A stretch of DNA of 44,565 nucleotides. Origin: Anaerolineae bacterium. GTDB taxonomy: Bacteria; Chloroflexota; Anaerolineae; JAADDB01. Position 1 is the stretch's first letter, and every line of letters starts with the position of its first letter. Positions 25,356 to 34,922 of this stretch are shown piece after piece. The position numbers were made by a program, and so were the translations under genes. Location: assembly GCA_015486895.1 (NCBI GenBank), contig WFQT01000412.1:1-44565 (forward strand). Direction: 5' to 3'. Below the pieces are notes generated by a model. The model was not told the origin of the DNA and searched no databases. It saw only the letters and a program-made list of their open reading frames with translations.

Positions 25356-26431
25356 AAAGTCGATCCGAGTCCACTCGTCAGCTCTGCTTCCACTATCTCA
25401 CAAATAGCGTGCCAAGCTAAAAGATGAAGTTCCTGAATGCGTGGCGTAGTTTCGGCGGGGGCGTGAAAACAAACAGACACGTGTTCCTTCATCTCTCCTC
25501 CATCCGCGCCTGTAAAGCCAATGGTCGTCGCTCCAAGCTCTCGACCAGCCTGCAAGCCACGTAGCACATTTGGCGAGCGCCCACTAGTACTGATACCCAC
25601 CACCACATCCCCTGGCCGGGCCAGGGCGCGCACCTGACGGGCAAAAACCTCAGCAAAACCCCAATCGTTACCGACAGCAGTCAGAACGGACGTGTCGGTG
25701 GTTAGAGCAAGGATCGGCCATGGTTCACTCTCCTGCAAAAAGCGGCCAACCAGTTCGCCAGCCACATGCTGAGCGTCGGCCGCACTGCCACCGTTACCAA
25801 ATATCAGAATCTTATGCCCGGTGCGGATGGCTCGGACAAAGGTCTGCGCTACCTGCACAAGTACCGGCAACGACTCATCCAACAGGCGCCTGTGTGAAGC
25901 CAAGCTATCCTCTACGATACGGCGCATATCCTCTTCCAATGCCCCAGCCCGTTCCCCATCTGTCTGTAATCTGCGCAGCAATGCTACTGCTTCTGCCACG
26001 GCTCCAGCGCCGCCGGGGTGAGAAAGAACACGGTGAGCGGCTGCTTTCGCTGCCGATGTCGCATTGGCTGGAGCCAGCCCCAGACCGACTTGTGACAATG
26101 CCGGTGCGTCGCGATCGCTATCGCCGATATAGCAAAATTTGTCAAGGGAAATGCCAATTTGATCGGACAGCGCTGTCAGAGCTAACAGCTTGTCTTTGGC
26201 GTCCCGCACGACGTGCTCAACACCGAAGCGCTTGGCGATCCGGTCAACCATTGTGTTGCTCTCAGCAGTGACGAGCACCACCGTCAGGCCAGATCGACGG
26301 GCCTGTGTAACAGCGTCCAGGTCATGAAAGCTAATCCGCTTTTCTTCTCTTCCAGAACTCTTCAAAAGGGCTATGCCATCTGTCAAGACACCGTCAATAT
26401 CCAGAGCCAACACCCGGATGCCTTTCACCAT
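25352..26431 (-). CDS. Fusion protein: KdsC/YrbI-type HAD sugar-phosphate phosphatase (N) + GmhA-type SIS isomerase (C)
   Basis: N-terminal half: LALDIDGVLTDG...KDK...YIGDSDRDAPAL..APANA. C-terminal half: KILIFGNGGSAADAQHVAGELVGRF...ISTSGRSPNV...TPRIQELHLLAWHAICE. Confidence 0.8.
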   Translation of the reverse strand: MVKGIRVLALDIDGVLTDGIALLKSSGREEKRISFHDLDAVTQARRSGLTVVLVTAESNTMVDRIAKRFGVEHVVRDAKDKLLALTALSDQIGISLDKFCYIGDSDRDAPALSQVGLGLAPANATSAAKAAAHRVLSHPGGAGAVAEAVALLRRLQTDGERAGALEEDMRRIVEDSLASHRRLLDESLPVLVQVAQTFVRAIRTGHKILIFGNGGSAADAQHVAGELVGRFLQESEPWPILALTTDTSVLTAVGNDWGFAEVFARQVRALARPGDVVVGISTSGRSPNVLRGLQAGRELGATTIGFTGADGGEMKEHVSVCFHAPAETTPRIQELHLLAWHAICEIVEAELTSGLGSTL

Positions 26432-27270
26432 GCCGTGCGCCCCCCATCTACTACCAGATTGGCACCGGTCATGTAAGATGAGGCGTCCGAGACCAAGAAG
26501 ACTACAGCCGCTTTATACTCATCAACACGCGCCATCCGTCCCAAAGGAATGAGATTAGTCAAACGCCGCACAAAAGCTTCGTCCTGCCCGGCGTACACGC
26601 CGCCGGGCGATAGTGCATTGACCCGCACCCCCTTATCCGCCCAATAGGTAGCCAGGTAGCGTGTCAGGCCAATCAAGCCGTGCTTGACCACGGAATAGCT
26701 GACTGGCTTGACAGGCTGTTGATCATCAGGCAACCCCGGCTGACGGTAGATGCGCTGGTCAGGAGCGATCACGCCCAGATCAGAGGCAATGTTCAAGATA
26801 ACGCCTTTGCCCCGCCGGGCCATCTCTGTACCAATTACTTGACTGCACAGAAAAGCCCCCGTCAGGCCAACAGCAATATCTTGATTCCATACGTCCAGGG
26901 GAAAATGCTCCAGCCGGGTCCAGGGAACATCACTATGTGCCTCCATCTTGGGATTACGTGCAGCGTTGTTGATCAAAATATCGACTCTCCCAAAAGAACT
27001 AAGAATTTGGTCAAGCATGTCACGAACCGCTGCTGGTTGTGTGATATCCGTGTGGATGCCCGTTGCTCGAACGCCAAAGATCTTTCCGATTTCCGCCGCT
27101 AGCGACCGCGCCTTTTCGCCGTTGATATCAACCAGTACGGGAATTCCACCCATCTCGGCGATGGCCTCAGCGTGACGCACCCCTAACAGGCCAGCCCCGC
27201 CCGTGATCACCGCCACACGACCAGTAAGGTCGAATTGACTACGTACACTTACTGCCCGCTCGCCTCTCAT
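26425..27270 (-). CDS. SDR-family oxidoreductase
   Basis: VITGGAGLLG, NNAA, YSVVKHG (YxxxK). Confidence 0.85.
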   Translation of the reverse strand: MRGERAVSVRSQFDLTGRVAVITGGAGLLGVRHAEAIAEMGGIPVLVDINGEKARSLAAEIGKIFGVRATGIHTDITQPAAVRDMLDQILSSFGRVDILINNAARNPKMEAHSDVPWTRLEHFPLDVWNQDIAVGLTGAFLCSQVIGTEMARRGKGVILNIASDLGVIAPDQRIYRQPGLPDDQQPVKPVSYSVVKHGLIGLTRYLATYWADKGVRVNALSPGGVYAGQDEAFVRRLTNLIPLGRMARVDEYKAAVVFLVSDASSYMTGANLVVDGGRTAW

Positions 27271-28139
27271 AGACCAACTCGACGAAGTTTTTTCATTATC
27301 GGGATTTCACTGGGCCAGACACGTTTTACCCCGTCGCCCATCGCCTTCTCGACAGCCCGGATATCCTTGACTAACCGTCGGAAGCCTTGCGGTTCTACAG
27401 ACGCCGCCTGGTCACTACCCCACATAGCCCTGTCCAGGGTGATGTGCCGCTCAACCATACACGCTCCTAAAGCAACGGCTGCCACCGATGTAGCGAGCCC
27501 AACCTCGTGCCCAGAGTAGCCCACAGGCACACCGTAGCGTTTTCGCAGACTCTGTATCGTGCGAAGATTGAGTTCCTCAGCTTTGGATGGATATGTGCTG
27601 GTGCAGTGCAGTATAACCAGATCGTCTTTGCCCAACACTTCAACAGCATGATCGATCTGCTCGAGTGTGCTCATGCCGGTGGATAAAATAATGGGACGGC
27701 CGTACTTACGATGATGTCGCAGTAAATTATCATCTGTCAGCGACGCCGAGGCTATTTTGTAGCATGGTGGGTCGAACTGTTCGATGAAGTCCACAGATCC
27801 CTCATCCCAGCAGGAAGCATACCACATGATACCCTTTTCGCGACAGTAGCGGTCAATTTCCTCGTACTCTTGCTGTCCAAATTCCAACCCTCGTTTCAGG
27901 TCCCCGTTGGTAGTACCAAAGGGGCTCTCGCGAGGGCGAGCCAGATCCCCAGGAGTATACACTACTTCAACCGTACGCTTTTGGAACTTGACCGCGTTAC
28001 AGCCAGCTTCCGCCGCAGCGTCGATCAATTTCTTGGCAATCTGCAAATCGCCATTGTGGTTGATGCCAATCTCGGCAACGATGAAAGCTGGTTGTCCATC
28101 ACCGACGAGATAATCACCGATCCGCACTACGTTGCTCAT
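27267..28139 (-). CDS. NeuB-family ulosonic acid synthase lacking the C-terminal SAF domain
   Basis: FIVAEIGINHNGDL..A..LIDAAAEAGCNAVKFQKR...KIASASL...ILSTGMS...LHCTSTYP...GYSGHE...ERHITLD. It ends at 290 aa, just after the TIM-barrel part. Confidence 0.8.
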   Translation of the reverse strand: MSNVVRIGDYLVGDGQPAFIVAEIGINHNGDLQIAKKLIDAAAEAGCNAVKFQKRTVEVVYTPGDLARPRESPFGTTNGDLKRGLEFGQQEYEEIDRYCREKGIMWYASCWDEGSVDFIEQFDPPCYKIASASLTDDNLLRHHRKYGRPIILSTGMSTLEQIDHAVEVLGKDDLVILHCTSTYPSKAEELNLRTIQSLRKRYGVPVGYSGHEVGLATSVAAVALGACMVERHITLDRAMWGSDQAASVEPQGFRRLVKDIRAVEKAMGDGVKRVWPSEIPIMKKLRRVGL

Positions 28140-28157
28140 GATCTTTCCTCCTAGATC

Positions 28158-28931
28158 TCAGACTGGATAACGGCCGGGGGTGCGGCTTTCCTCTAACGGC
28201 AAGCCGCTTTCCAGACGTCCTAAGGCCTCTTCAATAGCTGGAATATCCTCAGGGTAATCCAATTCGAAGAGCGGATCATCCACGACAAAAGGAATGGCAC
28301 GATCACCCCACATGGAATTCTTTTCCAGGACGGCACGCGGCCGAACGACGTCTACGTAACCATTCTGCCAATAGACCAACGGTAATTGCTGACGCGGCAA
28401 TGACTGACAATCAGGTATCCCTTCGATACGTAGCAATGGTTCCAAGTAGCCTTCTGACGTAATCCGCCACATCTTGTAAGGCGTTTGCAATGCCAGGCTG
28501 ACCGACCGCACGGCATCAGCTTCGGGATGCATAGCCAATAGCTCAATCGCCCGCTCAATCAACTCCACCCGGCGTACTGGCTGGGTGGGGCGCAAGTGAA
28601 CGACTAAATCGGGCACGTAGCTTTCATGGTCCCGCAGCCAGGTCAGAGCATGGCTGAAAACGTCGATGTCGGGCGATAGGTCCTGGGCGTATTCAGCCGG
28701 GCGCATGAAAGGCACCTCCGCTCCCCACTGCCGGGCCACCTCAGCAATCTCCTCGTCGTCAGTGGAGACAATCACGCGGTCAATGCGCTCCGAAGCCTGA
28801 GCCTGTAAGATGGAATAAGCAATCAGCGGCTTGCCAGCAATGGGTAAGATGTTCTTGCGCAGAATGCCCTTGGACCCGCCGCGAGCGGGGATAAGAGCAA
28901 GGACAGAAAAAAGCTTGAACTTGTTATTCAC
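28158..28931 (-). CDS. Acylneuraminate (CMP-ulosonic acid) cytidylyltransferase family
   Basis: ALIPARGGSKGILRKN..IAGKPLIAYSI...VIVSTDDEEIA...HLRPTQP. Confidence 0.85.
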   Translation of the reverse strand: MNNKFKLFSVLALIPARGGSKGILRKNILPIAGKPLIAYSILQAQASERIDRVIVSTDDEEIAEVARQWGAEVPFMRPAEYAQDLSPDIDVFSHALTWLRDHESYVPDLVVHLRPTQPVRRVELIERAIELLAMHPEADAVRSVSLALQTPYKMWRITSEGYLEPLLRIEGIPDCQSLPRQQLPLVYWQNGYVDVVRPRAVLEKNSMWGDRAIPFVVDDPLFELDYPEDIPAIEEALGRLESGLPLEESRTPGRYPV

Positions 28932-28933
28932 AG

Positions 28934-29786
28934 TTACGTACCTCGAAAACTCGTCACGAACTCCTCAATGCTATAGATCTGCGGAAACTGTTCGAGTGGC
29001 AACTTGCTCCGACTGCAAATGCAATGCTTGTAACTTATCTGATGCACCATAAAGCCGTACTCTTTCAACAGTAACTCCGCCAATTCCGAGAGAGAACTGT
29101 CAACCTGCCCGAGTTTCCTTCCGTGAACTTCCAGAAGTAAGACCAGTCGTGGATTCTTGGGTACCAGCCTTTCCATGCCTTTCAGAACCTCGACCTCGTA
29201 TCCTTCGCAGTCCACCTTAATTGCATCAACCCGATCTAGCTCATCATCCAGACGGATCACAGGCACTTCTGCTGTCCCCCCCCCCGATCTTCCTGCCAGG
29301 TTGGGCAATGCTTCCGGTCAGCATTCCGCGCGGTATTATTGCCTTTCCAGGAACCGAACCGACGACTGCACATTTAGCCACGACATTTGTGAGATGATTA
29401 GCCTGTACACTCTTCTCCAAAAGGTCAAAATAATGCGGAACGGCCTCATAAGCAAATACTCTTCCTTCATTCCCTACCAGCGACGCCATTTCTATCGTGT
29501 AGTCACCCACATGGGCGCCTACATCACAGCAAAACCACCCCGGTTCAAGAAGAGGAAGAAAAACTCGGCGCACTGGCATTTCCGTTCCCTCACGTAACCG
29601 CTTCCGCATTCCAGGGCCATCCGCAAGGCGCATCCAGAGCTTGTAGGGACCAGTTATCTCATTGTAGGAAACCGTATACTCTCTGGGGCGATTATAAAAA
29701 GCGCGATAATACCACTCTTTAGCCTTCCGCATCCTATAACCACCGAAAAGCCTCTGGCGAAAACCTCTCACATAATGCCTCAACAT
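28934..29786 (-). pseudogene. FkbM-family methyltransferase split by a frameshift in a G10 (C10 on plus strand) tract
   Basis: ORF 29244-29786 has CDVGAHVGDYTIEMA...VFAYEAVP. ORF 28934-29308 has VIRLDDEL..VDAIKVDCEGYEVEVLKG. Both read through 29276-29285 in different frames. G9 or G12 would join them into about 283 aa. Confidence 0.8.
29276..29285. repeat. Homopolymeric C10/G10 tract
   Basis: Read directly: gctgt cccccccccc gatc. Confidence 0.95.
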
Positions 29787-29837
29787 GTCTCCACTCTCCT
29801 ATGTTCACTCCTACGTTCAGACGAGAGCCCACCTTAG

Positions 29838-30893
29838 TTACTCGCCTGCTATCTCCACAGCATGCCCCGACCGGAGCGAAGCCTCGGCCGCCAGCGAGAT
29901 TTTCAGGCTGCGAACTCCTTCGCGCAGATCCACCAGTGGTTGTTCCTCGCCGCGCAAGCAAGCCAGAAAATGCTCAAGTTCGTCCATGAACATCCGATTA
30001 CGGTCGAACCCTTCGAATCGCTGGATTTGCACGATGCGTGTAGCCCGTTCGTAGAATGCGGTCTGGTTGGCGTAATAGTCGTAGCGCACTTTGCCCGCAT
30101 CGCCAATGACCTCGCATACCCGCTGGGGCGGCCGTTGCAGGTAATCCAGGTGAACATGCACTGGCAAGGGGCGACCATCGTATTCACACTGCAAGAGTAC
30201 GCTCACCGAGTCCTCCACATCAACTTCCAATTCGCTCAGGTGTCCACCCACCGCAAACACTCGCCTGGGCATCCCAAACAGCCACAGGACGTAATCAATC
30301 TCGTGCGTCTGGATGTGCAAGCACCCACCTCCCAAATCCCGCCGGGCAGGGTGGGTTTTTCGGTAATCTTCGTAGGGATGCCAATCGGGCAAATACTCAC
30401 CATTCACGATGTGGGCGGCAACCAGTCGCCCCAGACGTCCCTCGTCAATCAGCGATTTGACCCATCGTAAACCCGGATGAAAGCGGAACTGGTAGGCCAC
30501 AAACGCCACCAGTCCCTTGTGTTCCACGAGTTCGACCAGTTCATCAACGCCCTCCAACGAATGAGAAAGGGGCTTCTCGATGAAGAGATGACAACCCGCT
30601 CGTGCCGCAGCCAGGGCGACCGGCAGGTGCAGGGCGTTGGGATTGGTCACAAAGACAGCATCGGGCTGTTCTGACAGCGCGTCCTCCAGATTGCTAAAGG
30701 AACGGATGTTGTATGTCGTTTCCAGGTCGGTCCCCGGTCTCACTGTCATATCCGGGTTGAGCACCGGGCTCTGGCCCCGGCTGCGATAGGCCAGGATTTC
30801 CACATTGTCACCCAACAGCGCCCGCAGGTTGCGTACGTGGCGCTGGCCGATGGAACCAAGGCCAGCAAAGAGCACCTTGAGATGATACTTCAT
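29838..30893 (-). CDS. Gfo/Idh/MocA-family oxidoreductase
   Basis: N-terminal Rossmann FAGLGSIGQRH, and the EKP motif (CHLFIEKPL). Confidence 0.8.
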   Translation of the reverse strand: MKYHLKVLFAGLGSIGQRHVRNLRALLGDNVEILAYRSRGQSPVLNPDMTVRPGTDLETTYNIRSFSNLEDALSEQPDAVFVTNPNALHLPVALAAARAGCHLFIEKPLSHSLEGVDELVELVEHKGLVAFVAYQFRFHPGLRWVKSLIDEGRLGRLVAAHIVNGEYLPDWHPYEDYRKTHPARRDLGGGCLHIQTHEIDYVLWLFGMPRRVFAVGGHLSELEVDVEDSVSVLLQCEYDGRPLPVHVHLDYLQRPPQRVCEVIGDAGKVRYDYYANQTAFYERATRIVQIQRFEGFDRNRMFMDELEHFLACLRGEEQPLVDLREGVRSLKISLAAEASLRSGHAVEIAGE

Positions 30894-31639
30894 AAATTTT
30901 CTCCGCTTTTGGGAAGCCCAGGGGCTCCTGCGCCGTTCTTTCGCCTATCCAAAAGCCAAGCTGCCAGCTCCAGATCAAAGTAAGTATCTATGTCTATCGA
31001 GTCAGCAGGATCCATCATGTACGGCACCACTTGCGAACCGTAGAAAGTCTCTTGCTCCACAATCACGTCTGCCCGAGTGACCAACACGGCCGGGCCATTG
31101 CGTGCATACAGAACAGGAACTTCCTGCCGCCTATAGCGGTCGAAAGGCACAGACACCTGCCAGAAATCTTCAAGACATCCATCCACAAGACGCATGACGG
31201 AGTACGGACTGTAACGATGCGGCACTTGCACAACACTGACTACGGTCTCAGCACCACTCCGCAGCAACAGGTCTACAGCCTCATCAATATGCTGCGCCCG
31301 GCGTAACGGCGAGGTGGGTTGTAGTAAGACCAGTACGTCCGCCTGCCACCCCTCGTGCTCAATTAGCCAGCGGATGGCATGTTGGGCTACAGCCAGGCTG
31401 GGTGTGTCGTCACGCGCCAGTTCACTCGGTCGCACGAATGGTACTTCCACGCCACAGTCACGCCCCACTTCAGCGATGACCTCGTCGTCCGTGGAGAGGA
31501 TAACGCGAGTCAAATACTGGCTTTGCAAAGCCGCCTCGCATGTATAAGCCAGGAGCGGCCGTCCAGCCAACCTAGCGATATTTTTGTGCGGGATACTTTT
31601 CGATCCCCCTCGCGCAGGGATCAAGCCGAGAATTTTCAT
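30890..31639 (-). CDS. neuA: Acylneuraminate cytidylyltransferase (second copy)
   Basis: MKILGLIPARGGSKSIPHKN...GRPLLAYT...ILSTDDEVIA...LLQPTSPLR. The start is set at ATG 31637-31639 (TGATG overlap with neuC). An alternative GTG lies at 31669. Confidence 0.8.
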   Translation of the reverse strand: MKILGLIPARGGSKSIPHKNIARLAGRPLLAYTCEAALQSQYLTRVILSTDDEVIAEVGRDCGVEVPFVRPSELARDDTPSLAVAQHAIRWLIEHEGWQADVLVLLQPTSPLRRAQHIDEAVDLLLRSGAETVVSVVQVPHRYSPYSVMRLVDGCLEDFWQVSVPFDRYRRQEVPVLYARNGPAVLVTRADVIVEQETFYGSQVVPYMMDPADSIDIDTYFDLELAAWLLDRRKNGAGAPGLPKSGENL

Positions 31640-32808
31640 CAATACGTCATCCGTTTCTGCACTTCCCACGAACAGGTAGATAAAATGTCGGCGATGCGCT
31701 CGCCAGCATGACCATCTCCATAGATATGCTCAGAGGGATAACGTCCGTGATCTAATTGCCGTTGGATGGCCTCGATAATCTGTTCGCGATCGTAATCCAC
31801 GTCGATGACGTTGCTGCCCCGCTCCCGTCCCATCTGGCGTGTACCGATGTTTACAGCAGGTAGGCCCAGGAATGCTCCCTCACGAATGGCGGAACTGGAA
31901 TTGCCTACCATGCAAGCACTGCGCATCATCAAGCGAATGAAAGTTTCAACAGGAAAGTTTTTGTAGAATCGAATATAGTCGTGACGATAGTGCTCACGGA
32001 ACTTACGCATCCCTCTGGCGATATCTTCGGCACCAGCATCTACATTAGGCCAAAGCATGACGGTCGGCACCTGCAATTCATGGAGAGCCATCAAGGTTTC
32101 GGTGATCTGATGCTCCCCTTGACCATATTCGGTGGTAACGGGGTATTGAGCCACAAGCAAAAATGGTTCATCCAAATTGATATGACCTCCGACACCCTCA
32201 TACTCCAACCAGGCTCGTTCCGGCAGCCGGCCATCATTGCTAACGACCTCCGCTATCAAATCAATACGAGGGCAACCTACCACGTGTACCGTAGCCGGAT
32301 CTTCGCCCATGCGGATAATTCGCTCGGCGGCAGACCGGTTGGCAGGAAAATGAATATGAGCCAGTTTGGTTACCGCATGACGCACACTCTCGTCAATAGT
32401 CCCGGTAACCTCCCCACCCATTGTGTGCGCCAAAGGGATATTCATGTAAACAGCCGCAATGGCAGTGGCCATTGTCTCAAAGCGGTCTCCCACAGTTAGC
32501 ACTACATCCGGCTTGAGTCTATCGAAAATTGTGGGTAACTCCAAAAGCCCCAGGCCTGTTGATTTGGCCATCGTCGCAGGTGTCTCGCCCTCGATGATCA
32601 TATGCACTCTGGCATCTGGCTTGAAGCCATCAGCCTCGATGACTTCTACAACCGAGCCAAACCGGTCCAGCAATGCAGAAGCCCCAACAACCAACTGTAG
32701 CTCCAGATCAGGGTGAGCCTGAATGGCGCGCATAGCGCTCTTGATGCTTCCATAATTTGCCCGACTGCCGACTACAACACATACTTTGCGCACAAACCCC
32801 TCCGTCAC
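31639..32808 (-). CDS. neuC: UDP-N-acetylglucosamine 2-epimerase (hydrolysing), NeuC type
   Basis: VVVGSRANYG...GDRFE..A.A.AA....PLAHTMGGEVTGTIDESVRHA.TKLAH.HF.. Confidence 0.85.
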   Translation of the reverse strand: MTEGFVRKVCVVVGSRANYGSIKSAMRAIQAHPDLELQLVVGASALLDRFGSVVEVIEADGFKPDARVHMIIEGETPATMAKSTGLGLLELPTIFDRLKPDVVLTVGDRFETMATAIAAVYMNIPLAHTMGGEVTGTIDESVRHAVTKLAHIHFPANRSAAERIIRMGEDPATVHVVGCPRIDLIAEVVSNDGRLPERAWLEYEGVGGHINLDEPFLLVAQYPVTTEYGQGEHQITETLMALHELQVPTVMLWPNVDAGAEDIARGMRKFREHYRHDYIRFYKNFPVETFIRLMMRSACMVGNSSSAIREGAFLGLPAVNIGTRQMGRERGSNVIDVDYDREQIIEAIQRQLDHGRYPSEHIYGDGHAGERIADILSTCSWEVQKRMTY

Positions 32809-32838
32809 ATTTGCACAGATTGGGTAGACGTACCCGCT

Positions 32839-33858
32839 TCACATATCAAAGAGATCTTCTTCCCGGATAAGACTATCCTTTGGTATCCTTCGTTTGGTGC
32901 GCTTGCCTAACACATCTTTGATTCGGCTGGCGGGTATCCCCGTTCCTGGTTTTTTGATTCCTATCATGTCGGCGGTAACCACAGCGCCTTGAGGAATTTC
33001 CACCAACGAGACGACACTCTTCTCAAAAATCTTCTTCATCTCCTTCAACCTAAGGGCATTGGCATCCTTATCCACACGTGAGGACAACATCGTCTCGATA
33101 GCACGGATCCCTTGAACAAGTTCTTCGAATTCTTTCGGTTCCAATGAGTGGCGTGCATCACTACCGTACATCAAACGACTGAACGTCAGGTGCTTCTCGA
33201 TAACAGACGCACCCAAAACGACCGCCGCCAGCGAGGCATAAGGCGTCAGCGTATGGTCAGAAAGCCCCACAGGCAGTTTGTACCGTCCTCGCATCTCCAG
33301 CATCACGTTTAACCCTGCTTCCTCATACGGGCAAGGGTACTCTGATGTACATTGCAGCACCGTCAGTCGGTCGTGGTAACGCAGTATGGTGTTGACAGCC
33401 TCGTCCAGTTCGGCCCATGAGCTCATGCCTGATGAGAGCAACACTGGTTTACCTGTCTGGGCAATCACCTCCAAAAGGGGCAGGTTACTCACTTCACCTG
33501 ATGGTATCTTGTAGCGGCCTACACCCACATCCTCTAACAGTTCGACAGCTTCAATCGAGAAGGGCGACGAGAGGAATTCAACACCATGGGCCTCACAATG
33601 CGCTTTCAGAGTCTTCCATTGATCTCGATTAAAAGCCGTACGCTCGAAATAATCATAACGCGGCTCACCTTTGAAATAAGGTGGCATGGGAGCATCACGC
33701 AACGTTTCCGCGGCAGCGATATGGGTTTGGAATTTGACAGCGTCTACGCCACAGCTTGCAGCCACTTCGATTAGCTTTTTGGCATTACCAAAGCTGCCGT
33801 CATGGACGGAGCCAACCTCGGCAACGACAGAAACTTGATTCAAGTTCTCGTCATTCAT
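32839..33858 (-). CDS. neuB: N-acetylneuraminate-type synthase with SAF domain
   Basis: VVAEVGSVHDGS...GVDAVKFQTH...KIPSGEV...LLSSGMS...LQCTSEYP...GLSDHT...EKHLT, plus a C-terminal SAF-like IPQGAVVTADMIGIKKPGTGIP. Confidence 0.85.
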   Translation of the reverse strand: MNDENLNQVSVVAEVGSVHDGSFGNAKKLIEVAASCGVDAVKFQTHIAAAETLRDAPMPPYFKGEPRYDYFERTAFNRDQWKTLKAHCEAHGVEFLSSPFSIEAVELLEDVGVGRYKIPSGEVSNLPLLEVIAQTGKPVLLSSGMSSWAELDEAVNTILRYHDRLTVLQCTSEYPCPYEEAGLNVMLEMRGRYKLPVGLSDHTLTPYASLAAVVLGASVIEKHLTFSRLMYGSDARHSLEPKEFEELVQGIRAIETMLSSRVDKDANALRLKEMKKIFEKSVVSLVEIPQGAVVTADMIGIKKPGTGIPASRIKDVLGKRTKRRIPKDSLIREEDLFDM

Positions 33859-34922
33859 AGGCCACCTTCGATCTGCTCAATCAACTGCATCGTCTTGACA
33901 GCATCATTGAGATCAGAGGCTGGATACGGCAGTGTTTCCCCCAAAGCCAGTGCCTTGACAAAGGTCTGGTCCTGAACATAGAGTCCAGGCTTATATTGTC
34001 GATCAATCGGATCCACAGGTATAGAAAACCTCCTCTTTCCCCGGTAAATTTCACCGCTTGTATTGCCAGCGAGCGAGATTTCAACGCGAACGCCATCCCC
34101 GTATAACTTGATACTCCAGCTACCACCTGCGTGCCAGTGCGCGACAAAAGTACCCAGGCAGCCACTGCTCAAGCGCATGATCGCTGTAAAACTATCGCCA
34201 TTGCGTTCCTCCCAAGAATTCTTGAAGCCGCAGAATCCGTCGACTTCACCTCCTATACAGCGGAAGAGGTCAATACAATGGATGCTGTTTCCAACAAACC
34301 ACAGATCATAGAGTCGCGGATCAAAGCGTCCCTCCGTCCGAATCCGGCGAATCGCCTCCGGTGCTTCTATAACAATTCCGATCAACGGACCTTCTTGTAA
34401 AATGGCAGACAACCCTTGATGGAGTACAGACAAAAAGCGCCGGTTGACACCAACCATATTGAGGCAATGATTCTCGTTAGCCAAGGTGGCCAAACGAGCG
34501 GTCTTGTCTGAGGTAAAACCAGCAGGTTTCTCAATCAAACAGGGAATGCGCCGTGTCAAGCATTCGGCGGCAACCGACACAGTCTCAAAATGGCTGACCG
34601 CCACAATAACGCCATCTGGTCGTGTAACGTCCAACATAATGCGGTAATCATCAAATGTCTGAGCGACGCGATACTGCTGCGCCAACGCGGTAATATCGGA
34701 GTTACCGCGATTACATATGCCAACCAGATCGACGTTTGCCATCGCCGATAGCACTTCCAAATGTCGCCGTGCATGTCTGCCAGCGCCAGCAACAGCAATG
34801 CGTACCTGAGGCAATCGTTCACTAAGCGAGCGGTATTGAGCGAGAATGGCTTCCGTATGATCTCGTACATTCAAGAAGCGACGCACAAACCGTCGGCCCT
34901 GACCAAGATACTTTCTAATCAC
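33855..34922 (-). CDS. Gfo/Idh/MocA-family oxidoreductase
   Basis: IAVAGAGRHARRH...CLIEKP. GTGA overlap with the upstream gene. Confidence 0.75.
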   Translation of the reverse strand: MIRKYLGQGRRFVRRFLNVRDHTEAILAQYRSLSERLPQVRIAVAGAGRHARRHLEVLSAMANVDLVGICNRGNSDITALAQQYRVAQTFDDYRIMLDVTRPDGVIVAVSHFETVSVAAECLTRRIPCLIEKPAGFTSDKTARLATLANENHCLNMVGVNRRFLSVLHQGLSAILQEGPLIGIVIEAPEAIRRIRTEGRFDPRLYDLWFVGNSIHCIDLFRCIGGEVDGFCGFKNSWEERNGDSFTAIMRLSSGCLGTFVAHWHAGGSWSIKLYGDGVRVEISLAGNTSGEIYRGKRRFSIPVDPIDRQYKPGLYVQDQTFVKALALGETLPYPASDLNDAVKTMQLIEQIEGGL

